64,000 bases of DNA from Paragordius varius (GCA_964247055.1 OZ176060.1:310001-374000); one strand, 5' to 3'. Shown: positions 50,929 to 63,529, numbered from the stretch's first letter. Numbers and translations: made by a program. The notes: a model not told the origin generated them from the sequence alone.

Positions 50929-53900
50929 AATCAAAATATATTTTAAGTTTATTAATAAATTATACAATAATCATTCAATAATAAAAATTATTTCAAAAAT
51001 TAAAAAATTTAAAAATTTATAACCTAAAAAAAATTTAAAAATTTATCTATATTTTTGATTTATAAATATATAAACTATAGTTAAGAATAATTTTAAAAAC
51101 AACATAATTAATATCAAATTAAATTACAAAAAAATCCATTAATTAAACAATTTAATTATAATTTCAAATTATTACTAAAAATTAGAGTTATAAATATATA
51201 AAATTTATAAAAATCAAATTAATATATATAAATAATTAATAATTAATAATTAAAATAATTTACAAAATTCATAAAAATATACCCATTTTCCAAATAATTT
51301 GAATATTTTTTAGAATAAATAAAAAGCAGACAATTAAAATAAACCGTTATAAAATAAAATCGTCTGTCGTTTCATTATATATTTAAATCAAAGTTTTTTA
51401 AATTATATTATGGTTTAAAAATATTATATTTTTAATTTATTTAAATTATATATTAAATTATATATTTTTTACATATTATTTAATTCGGAAGGATTTTGCT
51501 AAATAATCAATTATTTCTTTAATAGTCAATCATTGGCGTAAAGATTTTTTTCATAAATAATTAAATAATAAAAAGTAAATATTTTAAAAAATTGATCTAA
51601 TTACATTTTTTCTATAAATTATTATGCAAAATTTTAATATTTTCATTAAATTCATAAATATTTTTTTATATATAAAAATTATAATTATACAATCAAAACT
51701 TTAAAACGATAAATATTTTGCAAAAATTCGCCATACATTTTTAGCTATGATTTTTCATGCATAAACCAAATATACTGTTAGATATGATAAAATTTCTTAA
51801 ATAACATTTTTATCACCTCAGAATTTTGATTAAAAGTTTAGGTAATTAGTCGCAATACACAATTTATATTTACCTTAAAGTTAAAGGCGTTAATGTATTA
51901 AAAAATAAAAGTTTTTAGCATCTTAAAACCTATGCCTTCCATTCAGATTGAAAATAGAATAAAATATGCTTAAACAAAATTTTAATAAACATTAAATTTT
52001 TACACAGAGTATAAATATTTTTTAAAGAATTATTTTAATGCTATAATCTATCACAGAGATTTCCAACACTAATAGCTTCGAGCGCCGCATTGGAAATATT
52101 ATATATATGAGAATTCAGGAATATTTATTAGTTTTCAACCATTAGACTCTAAAAAGCAAGGACGAATGATGTTTTTGCCAATAGGATTATTCACATTTTT
52201 TTAACATATATCAAGTTTACTGCCATTTTATAAGCGTTTTCTGCAAACTATGGATTCCTAAATCATTCGCAGCCGCACATTTGGTAGTTTTTAAACGTAA
52301 GACTCTGAAATGTAAGCACAACATAATGATTTTTCTAGTACTTTGCCAATAGGATATAGAATTATTCACATTTTTTACTGGGATTTTATAAGCGTTTTTC
52401 TGCAAATTCCTTTATCATTCGCATATACATAATATATCGGAGTGCCTCATGTTGGACAGCCCTAATCTCTATATATTAATTATTTTTGCCAAATCTCGGC
52501 GGACGAACATATAGTGTTAAAGGAACTGTATAAAAACACTCTTAAAGTGCATATGGTATACTTAAATTTAGTTGTGCCAATTTGAATGGCTTTAGGGAAT
52601 ATTTTATATAGACAAAAATTTATATCTTATTTATGAGAAAAGCTAAGAGTCAGCACGAACAGAATTTAAAACTATGAGGTATAAGCTTATCGGTTAAAGT
52701 GTTATATTACTCATTTATTAAACTAATAATAATAATAATAATTCATACAAGTTAAATAAAATTGTTTCATTAACCCTCTATAGTACACTTTATAAATTTA
52801 TAATAAGTTATTCTTATATATGCCATCTAATTAATATATTAAGTTTAGAAAGATAATTTTAAAGCTGAATAAAACGAATATATTCAATGATTTTTTTTAT
52901 TAATTTAATATTATTTAAAATAATTTTTATCGTCGCTTATAATAAATATAAAAGTAATAAAATAAGTCAACATAAATTGAAATTTTGATTGGTTTTATTA
53001 AAAACAGAGGCGAGTGTAGTTTCCTAGTTCGTTTCTAAAAATTTGAATCAGTTTAAAGATAATTAAATATTTAAAAGATATTTATATTTAGCCAAAAATT
53101 TATGTTTCGGGGTGATCTAAATAGACATATCGCTAATAGTTTTGAAGTATATATATTAGATAAATATTTTATGGTTATTAACTACTTAAAAGTTAGAAAA
53201 GGTACATATTTATACCTTGCAAAAAAATATTTATAAAAATACAGTAAGTTTAATTTTGAATCCTTTTGCAATTTGAGACTTAGTATAGTTAATATGACAT
53301 TTGTAAACTAGATTAACGCCTTTTTAATAATTGCATACCATCCTTCATATTGGATTTCATAACGATTTTGTTTATTGCTTGATAAATATTTTTCCGAAAA
53401 TTTCGTGTCTTAACTATATTGGATTAAAATGGAGAAAGAATAATTTACTATTACTTGATTTTTTTATTTATGGAACAACAATATTAACAAAATTACAAAT
53501 TTTTTTCTTAATAACACACACATGTTTTTTAGTTTCATATCTCATTAGATATTTTTACTTTATACTTTAAATTTTAGTTTATATTTAAATTTTATTTTAT
53601 ACATTTGACAAAGATTACTTGTAGTAACCGAAATATTATAATAAATATATACAATTTTATCTGAATTATAATTGCATAAATAATAAAAATGGAAATATTT
53701 AACTTATTAAACATCAAAATCCATACCGTTTTTTAAATCAATAAATACCCCTAGATATTAATTTATTAGAAGAATATAACCTATAAATTATAAAATATAA
53801 AGCAAATTAAATATTTTTTTAATATAAGCATAATGATATTAACAATAAGTTTTGCTGAAAATTTTTTAAAAAAACTTGGCTTATTTATTTAATAAATATT

Positions 53901-54539
53901 ACTATTAGCTTCGTATAAAAGCAAAAGGCATAATTCGTAAAATAAATACTTTAAAATTATTTATCATTTTGTTGATATTTTAAGCAAAAATTCAATTGAG
54001 CGAAAAAAACAAAAGGAACAAAAAGTAAACGTTAGAACCCAATTATATAAAACAATTTATACCATATTAAAATTTAAATAATCTCTATTTTTATTTAAAA
54101 TATATTTTGCGCTTAAAAATAAATACCATACAAATTGCTAATCAATTAATGAATTATATATACTGTATAACCATTAAATAAGCCATCTATTTACAGTAAA
54201 TTATAACGTTAAAATAAGAGAGATATATTTTTTTAAAATACAAAATACTTTCAATTGGGTTTTTTAAACTATTTAAAACAATTGTAAAATTAACAATTAA
54301 TGTCCAATTTATTTCTCTTTTTTATACTTTGCAATATAATTAATATTTGTTTAACAATTTGTTTTGTCCGTATAATACTATATTATATATATAATATAAA
54401 TTACACGATTTAATGAATCTAAAATTGGATATCCACAAAATTTATCATAAAGAGATCTAAATTTTAAGACAATATACAACTCATTTTTTCATCATATCCT
54501 TCATCCCAAACTTATCCATTGCTAATACTTCCTCCCTCA

Positions 54540-55290
54540 TTTTCCACATCCTCTAAACCAGTCTCAGTATCAGGGGTAAAACAAAATCAATCTAACTTGA
54601 CAATTTGCACAAGACTCCCCATTCCCAATCACAGCATAGCATTCACGGAACATTGACTATAAAACTACAGTTTTTAAGGTCCAAAATTCCAGCGATTTGT
54701 CTTTACGTTATGGATAAAATTCACGCGGCATAACCAACAAAATCCAAGTTATTATATAAGAAATGGTGAAACTCGACATCAGTGTATTAGGGATAGCAGA
54801 ATCCCACATCCCATTAAACGGTCACATAGAATATGAAAATTACATCCTATTGTACTCTGGTCATAATACCCTTAAACGAAACGGAGTGGCCCTAATAGTG
54901 ACCATATAAATCGCCAACGCATCCGAAATTCACCATCCACACAGCGATCGCATAATATCACTTTGATTAAACTCGTCTCCACAACCAATAACGATATTCC
55001 AAATCTATGCCCCTACCAACTCTAACAACGAAGAAGACTCCGAAAGTTCCCAAAAAAGACATGATATTTGTATTGGCGACTTTAACGCGATAGTAGGTAA
55101 TGATTATACACACCAAATCACTGGTGGGAAAGGACGGGGAAACAAAAACTATAGAGGCGACCGCCTCATAGATATTTGCAGAGAACATTAATTATTCATC
55201 TCAAACTCCTTTTTTCAACAACCTAAGAGAAAGCTATGCACATGGACCTCACCTTGCAAGAAGCACAGAAACCAAATTGACTTTATTCTC
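54540..55290 (+). mobile_element. RTE endonuclease fragment, inverted paralog of 27444-28230
   Basis: Reads ENYILLYSGHNTLKRNGVALIV, HSDRIISL, QIYAPTN, IGDFNAIVG, TWTSP, NQIDFIL. Shared flank extends 54015-54540 vs 28230-28715. Confidence 0.85.
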
Positions 55291-55739
55291 GGCATGCAAA
55301 AAAATATTTCAATAATAGTCGATTCCATTAAATTAATGGATAAATGATTAGACCACAACTTTTTCTATGAGTCATGTATGATTCCAGGCAAGATCGTTAA
55401 TTGTAGAAATTTAAATTATCAGTATTGGTGAAAGTAGACTTTTAAAAAAATACACTTTATGACAAAACTCTTTTTTATGTCAAGTATATATGTATGTAGT
55501 TATTTATTATTGACAATAACATATGGTATGACCTAGGTCGGACCTAAGTCTGACCCCCTTTTTGAAGAAGGGGGTCAAAATCACAACCCTAATCAGAACA
55601 TCACCACCAATCTAAAGAGGATAGAGTACAAACATTGTGGATGCTCTATATTTAGAATACATTTAGATATATTTATAAAAAATTATGAACTTCTAAACAT
55701 AAACAAATCCATTTAATTATTATTATTTATATTTATGTT

Positions 55740-56765
55740 AGCCCGAAACGCTGTAAAATTTGAATATTTGATAGAATTTTATATATATTAAATGTATTAA
55801 ACTGTCAACATAAAAGAATCACTAGGTTGTTCGGAATTATACCATAATTTATCTGATGAGAAATCGTAATGTGGCCCGACTTTCAATATATATGTTTCAG
55901 TTATGAGTATCATCCCTTAGTATATGTAAATAAATAAAGAGCTTATAGTTTAAAAGTAAGCATAACGTAATAAATCTGAGATAAAATTATTTCCTATAAA
56001 CTATTGAAAGATTAAATAGCATCTTTTTTTTAAATTGCAAGAAGTTTGTTTATAAACTAATTATATAGATAGCTTATTTATATTTTTATTCATAATTCAA
56101 ACTTTGGATTAAATATATTTTAATTGATTTAACTAAAAATTTGTTCTTTACAGGGTTAAAATAGCAACTTTCTTATATCCATAAAGTTTATAATCATTAA
56201 ATATTTTTCAAAAATATAATACTACACTATCGCCGATGTGGCTGTTAAAGTCTCCTAGATATTTTTAATTTTTGGCTATAAATAAATTTTACTTTAAATA
56301 TTAACATGTCATAAAATTTTGGGGTAATTTCATACTTTCATTTAATATTGTACCCTAAGAACTATTTTTACTGGGCCAATATTTAGAATATACCTTTTAG
56401 TATTTATAACATCTCAAACTTTTTCGCCGCTATTTTTTTCGTTAATTTTTTAAACCGTAATATTGTAATATGGTTTAAAATATGAATTCTGGATAGTTTC
56501 TTTATTAGTTTATATTTATTAATTTATATATCAACTGTTTATTATAATTATGTTTTGGAGAAACTCTAGAAGGTTACTGTAATTTTTTTTATTACTACCT
56601 GAGAAGAGGGATTGATAATTATATTAACCAAAACAACATATAAAACAGTAGTCTATTTACTATAAACTCCATTATAAAAAACTGCTCCCAAAATATCGTC
56701 TACAAAAAAATGAAAAGCTAAAATGTAGCAAAAATTTTGATAATAAATTTCATAAAGCAATGCAT
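55740..56765 (-). repeat. Inverted duplicate of ~2040-2380 joined to 4313-4940 (empty site of the foldback)
   Basis: Reverse strand reads GCGGCGAAAAAGTTTGAGATGTTATAAATACTAAAAGGTATATTCTAAATATTGGCCCAG, continuous across the point where 2384-4312 is inserted. Confidence 0.88.
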
Positions 56766-59036
56766 ATTTGCTTTAAGAAAATAGAGAGTAATTTAGTTAA
56801 AAATTCAACACATTATCAAATGGGATAAAACATGGATATATATTCGAGTTTATATATTGACAAAAATCTTTTCTCCAATATCATCGACATTTTTAAAAGT
56901 TTACGTCAAATTAAAAATTATCTTATAAATAACTGCTCTTTAATTGATTTACTGCAGTAGCAAGATCAAAAAAAATTTCAGATTTTACTATGGATATAAT
57001 AATCCTTCGTCAGTTAAATAATTATAGCTGTAATAAATCTTAATCTTTTAAAACAGCACGACTTAACCATCTTTCGTTTGTATTAACTAGTTAACTATGT
57101 CAACACCGATTCCTTATAACTCAAAACTGCGGCGCTACATTCTTTTCTTGACGACTATCTTGAAGCATATTTCTTTATTTAAAACCGGGTAGGAAAATCG
57201 TAAAATCTGGTAAATTATAAAGATAGTTGCCAAGAGCTACAAATTTATATTTACTTTAATCATCTAAAATCCGTCGCAAGAGGTAAAGTTAATTAGTCAT
57301 ATATTTAATAAATTAAATAATGTAAATTTAGTATTTGTACACTGATTGTGACAACCAGACGTCTTCTGCTTTTTATATAATGATAAAGTTAAGATTTTAT
57401 ATATAAATTACCCAAAAATAATTATTTTTGTTAAAATTAGGTTAAAATGGTTAGTGCTAGTCACCTCAAACCTTAAATAGAAATATATGTGTAATTCTTT
57501 TTATATGTATCCGCGTAAAATTTTCCTTCAAAAAAGTAGCCCTCGGGAAAAAAAGTTGGCCACCCCTTATTTAAAAGCACCAAATCAATTATAAAGTGGT
57601 TTTCATTGGATTTAATAAAGTTTTGATCTTTGCTGTTAGGCTGATTAGATATAGCAAGTTGAGTTTTTCTGTTTTTATCTTCCCATAATTAAAAAAGGTT
57701 ATGAATCAGCATAAGTGGAATCCTCATTCTCCAATTAATTAAATTAATAGCATAATTTATATAAAATGATGAAGTAACATTTTGACACATTTTTCAAGTA
57801 ACAAACAAATGAACGAATTAAAAACACTTTAGCATTTTATAATAATAATAGCAGGACCATATAATTTCTGCATTAATTAGATGGCATATTATATCTAATA
57901 TTAATATTTCACTCATAGTGATTTTCTTGGCTTAAACTTAACTTACTGAAATTAAATAAATATTTATTCTTCATAAACGAGTTAATAGGCAATTTTTTAC
58001 TTTTGTAAAGGCAATAAATATTTAATATATATCATATATATAAAAATACAGTACCTGTACCTTAACGCTTGCTATATCCAACAAAACTAAATTTTTGACT
58101 ATAAATAAATATTTCTTTAATTATTTATCTAACAAAAATTTCAATTTAAATATTTTACGCCCCGGGCATTCGATAAAAACTTATTCTCTCTTTTGATTCC
58201 AGTAATCTATATATTTATAAAAATGGAAAATGCTGGCTTTGTGATCTAAAACAGGAAAACCGGTAGACCCAATAAAATCCAAATATAGAAAAAATATAAT
58301 CATTAATAAATGTCCCGACAATAGCCTCGCCCTTTTTTTGAAAGGCCCCTAGTTCGGGCCCACCCCGTATGAAAAACGGGTTTTTTTGAAAACAGAAGTC
58401 CACAAAAATCCTGCCTTTGAGACAATTTTCCGGAGGACGTGTTGGACCATTCAATTTCAAATATGATTTTCGTTTACTTATTTTCGATTGCGCTGAACAT
58501 AGTCGTCTCGCTTTTTTAATTTATGCCCTCTTTTTACCCGCTCCCCCCGTAAAATGCCATTTTTCTAAAAAGACAAAGTCCACAAAAATAACACTGTGCA
58601 ACAAATTTTATCCTTTTCTTTTAGACCAGAGTGAAAATTACGAAATCTTATAGAGATTTTTTTTCTGAAAATAATGATATATTTAATATTTTCTTAGCTC
58701 TTTTTCACGAGCCGCTAAAAGGTTGTAAAAATCCAAAAACCATCAAAAATGCCTGTTTTTGTAACCCTATTACTTTTTGAATTATATAGCTTATTCTATT
58801 TTTTTGGGGGAATATTACAAATTATATTTTAAAATTTTTTGATTTATTTAGAAAAAACGAAACTTAGCTCCAAAAAATAGCATTTCAAAACAATGAAAAA
58901 TTAAGAGACATGCTGGCATCATTTGATTGGCGGCTTTTCATTATACATTACTAAAATAATAAAATTTAATTGCTTTTTTATAAATATAAAAAATAGAATA
59001 TATATTTAACACTTGGATAAAACACACTCATTTTAG

Positions 59037-59679
59037 TCCTTCGATTCAAATTGGGGTAGTTGGATACCCCAGGCCTTTTTAAAAACAAATACTTCAAAAA
59101 GTATGGAAATATTCTAAACCATGGCAAAATTTTGCACTTATATAACATTTATAAACCGAAATATATAATAAATTTTATTCAATAATACTTGATAATACTT
59201 ATTTTGAGCTAAAACTAAAAGGTAAAAATTTAGTCAACGTGACATGTGTCAAATTGTAAAATTAAAAAATAATACAAAATAAACCCCTTTTCTATTTCAA
59301 TCAATGTTAGATGTAAATTATATAAAAAATTAGCTTTAGTTTTACCCTTAAAATCAAATGAAGACGATATTTTGCAAAAATTTTGTAAAATAAAAATGGC
59401 GTCGAAGTAGTTTAAGATGGAACTTTTTTTTCAAAACAAAATTTAATCAAAATATTTTGGCATATTTATATAATTTTTATCAGGATAGAAGCATAAATTT
59501 AAATTGGGACCGTTTCGTTCAGTATTTTTTTAAAAATATTAATTTAAATTTAGTCTGGGGTATTTAGATACCCCAATTTGAAGCATAAATTTAAATTGGG
59601 ACCGTTTCGTTCAGTATTTTTTTAAAAATATTAATTTAAATTTAGTCTGGGGTATTTAGATACCCCAATTTGAATCGAA
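59037..59679. mobile_element. Nested piggyBac-like MITE inside the Chapaev3-like element
   Basis: TTAG-TCCTTCGATTCAAATTGGGGTAGTTGGATACCCCAG...CTGGGGTATTTAGATACCCCAATTTGAATCGAA-TTAA. About 35-bp inverted ends with degenerate TTAA/CCCTT termini. Confidence 0.6.
59488..59674 (+). repeat. Perfect 92-bp tandem duplication
   Basis: GAAGCATAAATTTAAATTGGGACCG...ATACCCCAATTT starts at 59488 and again at 59580. Confidence 0.95.
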
Positions 59680-60166
59680 TTAATGTTATAATAATAAATT
59701 TAATAAAATGATAATATTTTTAAATTTATTAATGTTAATGGATAATAAACTCTGTGTTTGAATTAATATTATATGATTTTTAGTAATATTTCAATTATGT
59801 TATTATATATTTTTGTTATTAATTTTAAAGTAAATTTATTTATTCTAAACTACTAAGGTTTTAAAAAATTTAATACAGAAATGATTTCAAAATTATAAAT
59901 ATATTAAAATATTTTTAATTAAGACACAATATACGAATATATTTATTATGAAAATTGATACTTGTTACATATTAATTGCATATATCAAATTTAAATTGTG
60001 TTTAACCATATTAAATGCATAAAAATATTTATTATGAATATTGATAAATGTTACATATTAATTGCATCAATATATCATATTTTATTACATGTTAAATAAA
60101 ATAAATGCATTAATTTATAAATTTGTATCAGATATTATATCATTATATATTATACATATATAAAAA

Positions 60167-61849
60167 TTAATTCAAAAAGAAACATTTTTTGTAATTTTTT
60201 AGTTTATGATGTATATCAGGAACGCGATAAAGTGTCCAAATATAATCTGCCAACATCGCCGTATCACATTTCCCGTGATATCTATCTTCCATAGCTACTA
60301 AAATCTCCTGATGGAAGCGCTCCCCCTGTTCATCACTAAATGACCCTAAGTTATCTGGAAAATACTCCAGATGAGCATGAAGGAAGTGAATGAATTTTAA
60401 GAGACATGCGCACTCCAAACTCCTGAAAACATTTCATCATTTCGGCCACACCATCCTCCTTTAAAAAGTGATGTTCAATACATTATTATTTTTTTTTATG
60501 AATTAGATATAACAAAAATTACCTAAGAAATTTCGGCAAACCCATATTACAGATTTCCAAGTTCTCATTTCTATATCACCCAAAAGTGACATAAACTTAT
60601 CATCATCAAATATTTTCCTTATCTGAGGGCCGACAAAAAACCCTCTTTAATCTTAGAGTCGGATATCTTGGGAAATATCTGACTAAGATATTGAAATCCG
60701 CGAGTGTCTAACTTCGCCATTGCTTTGACCAGATTTTTTACTAATCCAAGCTTTATATGTAACGGCGGAAGTAATATATTTTTTGTATCTAACAGAGGAA
60801 TTCGGTCTATGCTAAAATTACCTGGAGCATAATCATTACGCATAGGAAAGATTTTTTGGTAATGATTTGTTGTATCCCTGCTATCCCAGCAACAGAGAAA
60901 ACAACAAAATTTAACAAAACCAAAATTAAGATCTGTTAGAATTGCGGTTACTTTTAAATCCGCACGAATTTGCCACTGAAACTTCGGATATTGTAACAAC
61001 GTCAAAAATTTCGATAAATTTTCGTAGTTTTCCTTTTTGCAACGAGCATATGCAACAGGAATACTCGGTAAGTTGTTGTTATTATCCAAAAGGACGGCTT
61101 TAAAACTTGTTTTGGATGAATCCAAAAACAAACGCCATTCTTTGGGTTCCATTGGATATTGCAGGAAATTGAACATTCCCTCAATGTCCTGACAAAAAGT
61201 TATACCATCTTCTTCATTAAAATATTTCGTAAGATGGTCACTGCACCCTCTATAGGTTGTGCGCACACCAAAATCCAATGCATCATATTCCGCAAGTCGA
61301 GAATCTTTAAATATAAAATACTATACCAAGGACATCAGCGTTTCGTTTGGATAACCTTAAATCCTTAACCAAATTATTCAATGCATTTTGATTCATTTTT
61401 CGTTTTCTATAGTTAGACGGGAAGTGGTGGATAAGGTTTCAACGTCGTCAGAAATTATATCAGTGTTTTCTTCCTGCCCGCTAAAAATGGGGGGTGTAGT
61501 GGACAAAGTATTGGCATATAAAATTTGTTTTTTAGCAGATTTGTTGAATGTGGAAATGTTAGAACAGCAAAAATAGCAATCCGTTATATGGTCTTTCGGT
61601 TCATGCCAGACCATAGGTTCTTCAATTTTCAAATTTTTTTTATCAGGCCATGCCAATAAACCATTGTAGCATGTTTGACATAATGAATGCGGGCTCCATG
61701 GCTTGTCTTGGTCCATTAAAGGTAGATTGAATTTCGCCTCGTAGGCAGCTTTAGCCCTTTCACTTATTTTTCGTCTTCGTGAGTTTCTGAATATGTATTG
61801 TCCACAGACGTGGCAAAACGAATTAGGGTCCCTCAAACATTTGCGCCGC
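60167..61849 (-). pseudogene. Chapaev3-like transposase, fragmented
   Basis: ORFs 61393-61836, 60619-61278 and 60167-60418 join after frameshifts at ~61398, ~60638 (T run) and ~60390 (ATTC duplication), plus probable introns at 61305-61326 and ~60460-60522. Confidence 0.85.
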
Positions 61850-63428
61850 TAAAAATAAATGCATATAATAACTTCACCTGTAACAACACGACAGAACGCT
61901 TTTTTACACATCAAAAAATCAAAATAAGCGTACCTTTAAACGTCTTATTTACTGTTTCAAGTTATGTTATGGATTGAAAAATGTAGTTAAATTTTATTTA
62001 AACGTGCCACAATTAAAAAAGGGTAAATTTAAATTAAAAAAATTGATTATATTGAATTTATTTAACTATAAAATGTTCTCAATATATATAAAAAATGACC
62101 TCATTGGGATTCATGGATATAAAATTTATGAAAGTTATTTCCGGGAAAAAAACAAATGAATGCCTTTTTGCTTTTCTGTTAGTTCAACATTTCATTTTAT
62201 ATTTATTTTCATGTTTAAAAAGTATTTTTTATTTGTTGAAAAAAACTTTCGTATATTAAAAAACAAAATATCATGATTCATATAATCATGTACAATGCAT
62301 AATAAATAAATTTGCATGTTTAAAAGTAATTTTTATTTATAAATAATAATATATCAAATTAATATTATATATTTATTATTTTATTAATTATTTTATAAAT
62401 ATACTTGATTTATTCCTAAAATTAATATTTACATTTTTTAATTAATATTAACATATATTTATTATTTTATTAATTAAACTATAAATATACTAATTTATTC
62501 CTAAAATTAATATTTACATTTTTTAATTAATATTAACATTAAATTTTTCCATTTTGTTATGTATTAAAAATGGTATGGTGCCTGCACGTCTCTTAATTTT
62601 TCATTGTTTTGAAACGCTATTTTTTTGGAGCTAAGTTTCGTTTTTTCTAAATAAATCAAAAAGTAGTAGAGACTTTTGAAAATTTCAAAATGTTACATGA
62701 ATTTTAAAATATAATTTGTAATATCCCTCCAAAAAAATATAATAAGCTATATAATTCAAAAAGTTATTACAAAAACAGGCATTTTTGATGGTTTTTGGAT
62801 TTTTAAAACCTTTTAGCGGCTCGTGAAAAAGAAGGAAAATATTAAATATATCTTTATTTTCAGAAAAAAATTCTCTATAAGATGTCGTAATTTTCACTCT
62901 GTAACAATCGTGTCACAGTGTAATTTTAAATACTCTAACAAAAACTTTGTTTTAAGAAATTAAATTTTGATTAAAATATTTCGTATTATTTACATTAAAT
63001 ATTATAAAGGAATGTTCTACCATTTTAAATGCATTTTCTATATCAAGATAATTTTTCACAGTTCGGAGGGCCACGTTTAGCCACCCCTGGACCAAATGAT
63101 AAATATTATAAAATTAGTATAGAATTTTTGTTTAAGATAATATGAAGTGTTAAATGACCTTTGAGATAAAAATGGTATATTTTTATAAATTTTATTATTT
63201 GCTCCGTAACTATAGATTTTTTAAGTTAGCCGCAAGTATTAATGCGGACGATCGATAAAATAAAAAATATTATCTTAAAACATCCCAAATTACAAAAATA
63301 CAACCTATAATTGTACAAATTGTCATTCAATAATTGTGTTTTTAATTAAAAATAATATCCTAATATTCTGCTGATAATGGTTCAAAGTTTATATATCTTG
63401 TTTTGATATTACTCATCAAAACTAAAAC

Positions 63429-63529
63429 CGTTTTTATTGACTGGGAAAACGTTTCGATTGATTGGGAAAATGTTTTTATTGACTCGGAAAATGTTTCGAA
63501 TGACTGGAAAAACGTTTTTTGACTGGGAA
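63429..63529 (+). repeat. 21-bp minisatellite, about 5 units, alternating variants
   Basis: Units CGTTTTTATTGACTGGGAAAA, CGTTTCGATTGATTGGGAAAA, TGTTTTTATTGACTCGGAAAA, TGTTTCGAATGACTGGAAAAA, CGTTTTTTGACTGGGAA. Confidence 0.9.

Larger units (their letters stand above)
58592..62920 (-). mobile_element. Complete Chapaev3-like (CMC superfamily) DNA transposon with inactivated transposase
   Basis: TAA-CACTGTG...CACAGTG-TAA, a 3-bp TWA-type duplication. Imperfect TIRs of ~330-345 bp (58592-58922, 62575-62920). Transposase fragments show DPNSFCHVCG, WSPHSLCQTC, DHITDCYFC, LLPPLHIKLGLVKNLVKAM, SDEQGERFHQ. Confidence 0.88.

Noticed and set aside
1144-52463. hAT-like MITEs as independent recent insertions
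   Set aside because: No intact 8-bp TSD, and the copies share flanking sequence, so they are old and were copied by segmental duplication.
11955-57282. Alternative genetic code (TAA/TAG as Gln, TGA as Trp) or stop-removing RNA editing, suggested by protein-like frames with in-frame stops
   Set aside because: The two long ZNF frames use CAA/CAG for Gln with no internal stops and end in TGA. The 12-13 kb and 24-25 kb copies also carry frameshifts, and one site is TGA in one copy and TGG in the other. Ordinary GC-to-AT decay explains this.
212-62897. Remaining 60-80-aa ORFs in AT-rich DNA, many starting at TTG or GTG
   Set aside because: Compositionally biased (F, I, K, N, Y), mostly inside repeats, and not conserved in frame between duplicate copies.
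63429-63529. CRISPR array
   Set aside because: Units are contiguous with no unique spacers, there are no cas genes, and the context is eukaryotic.
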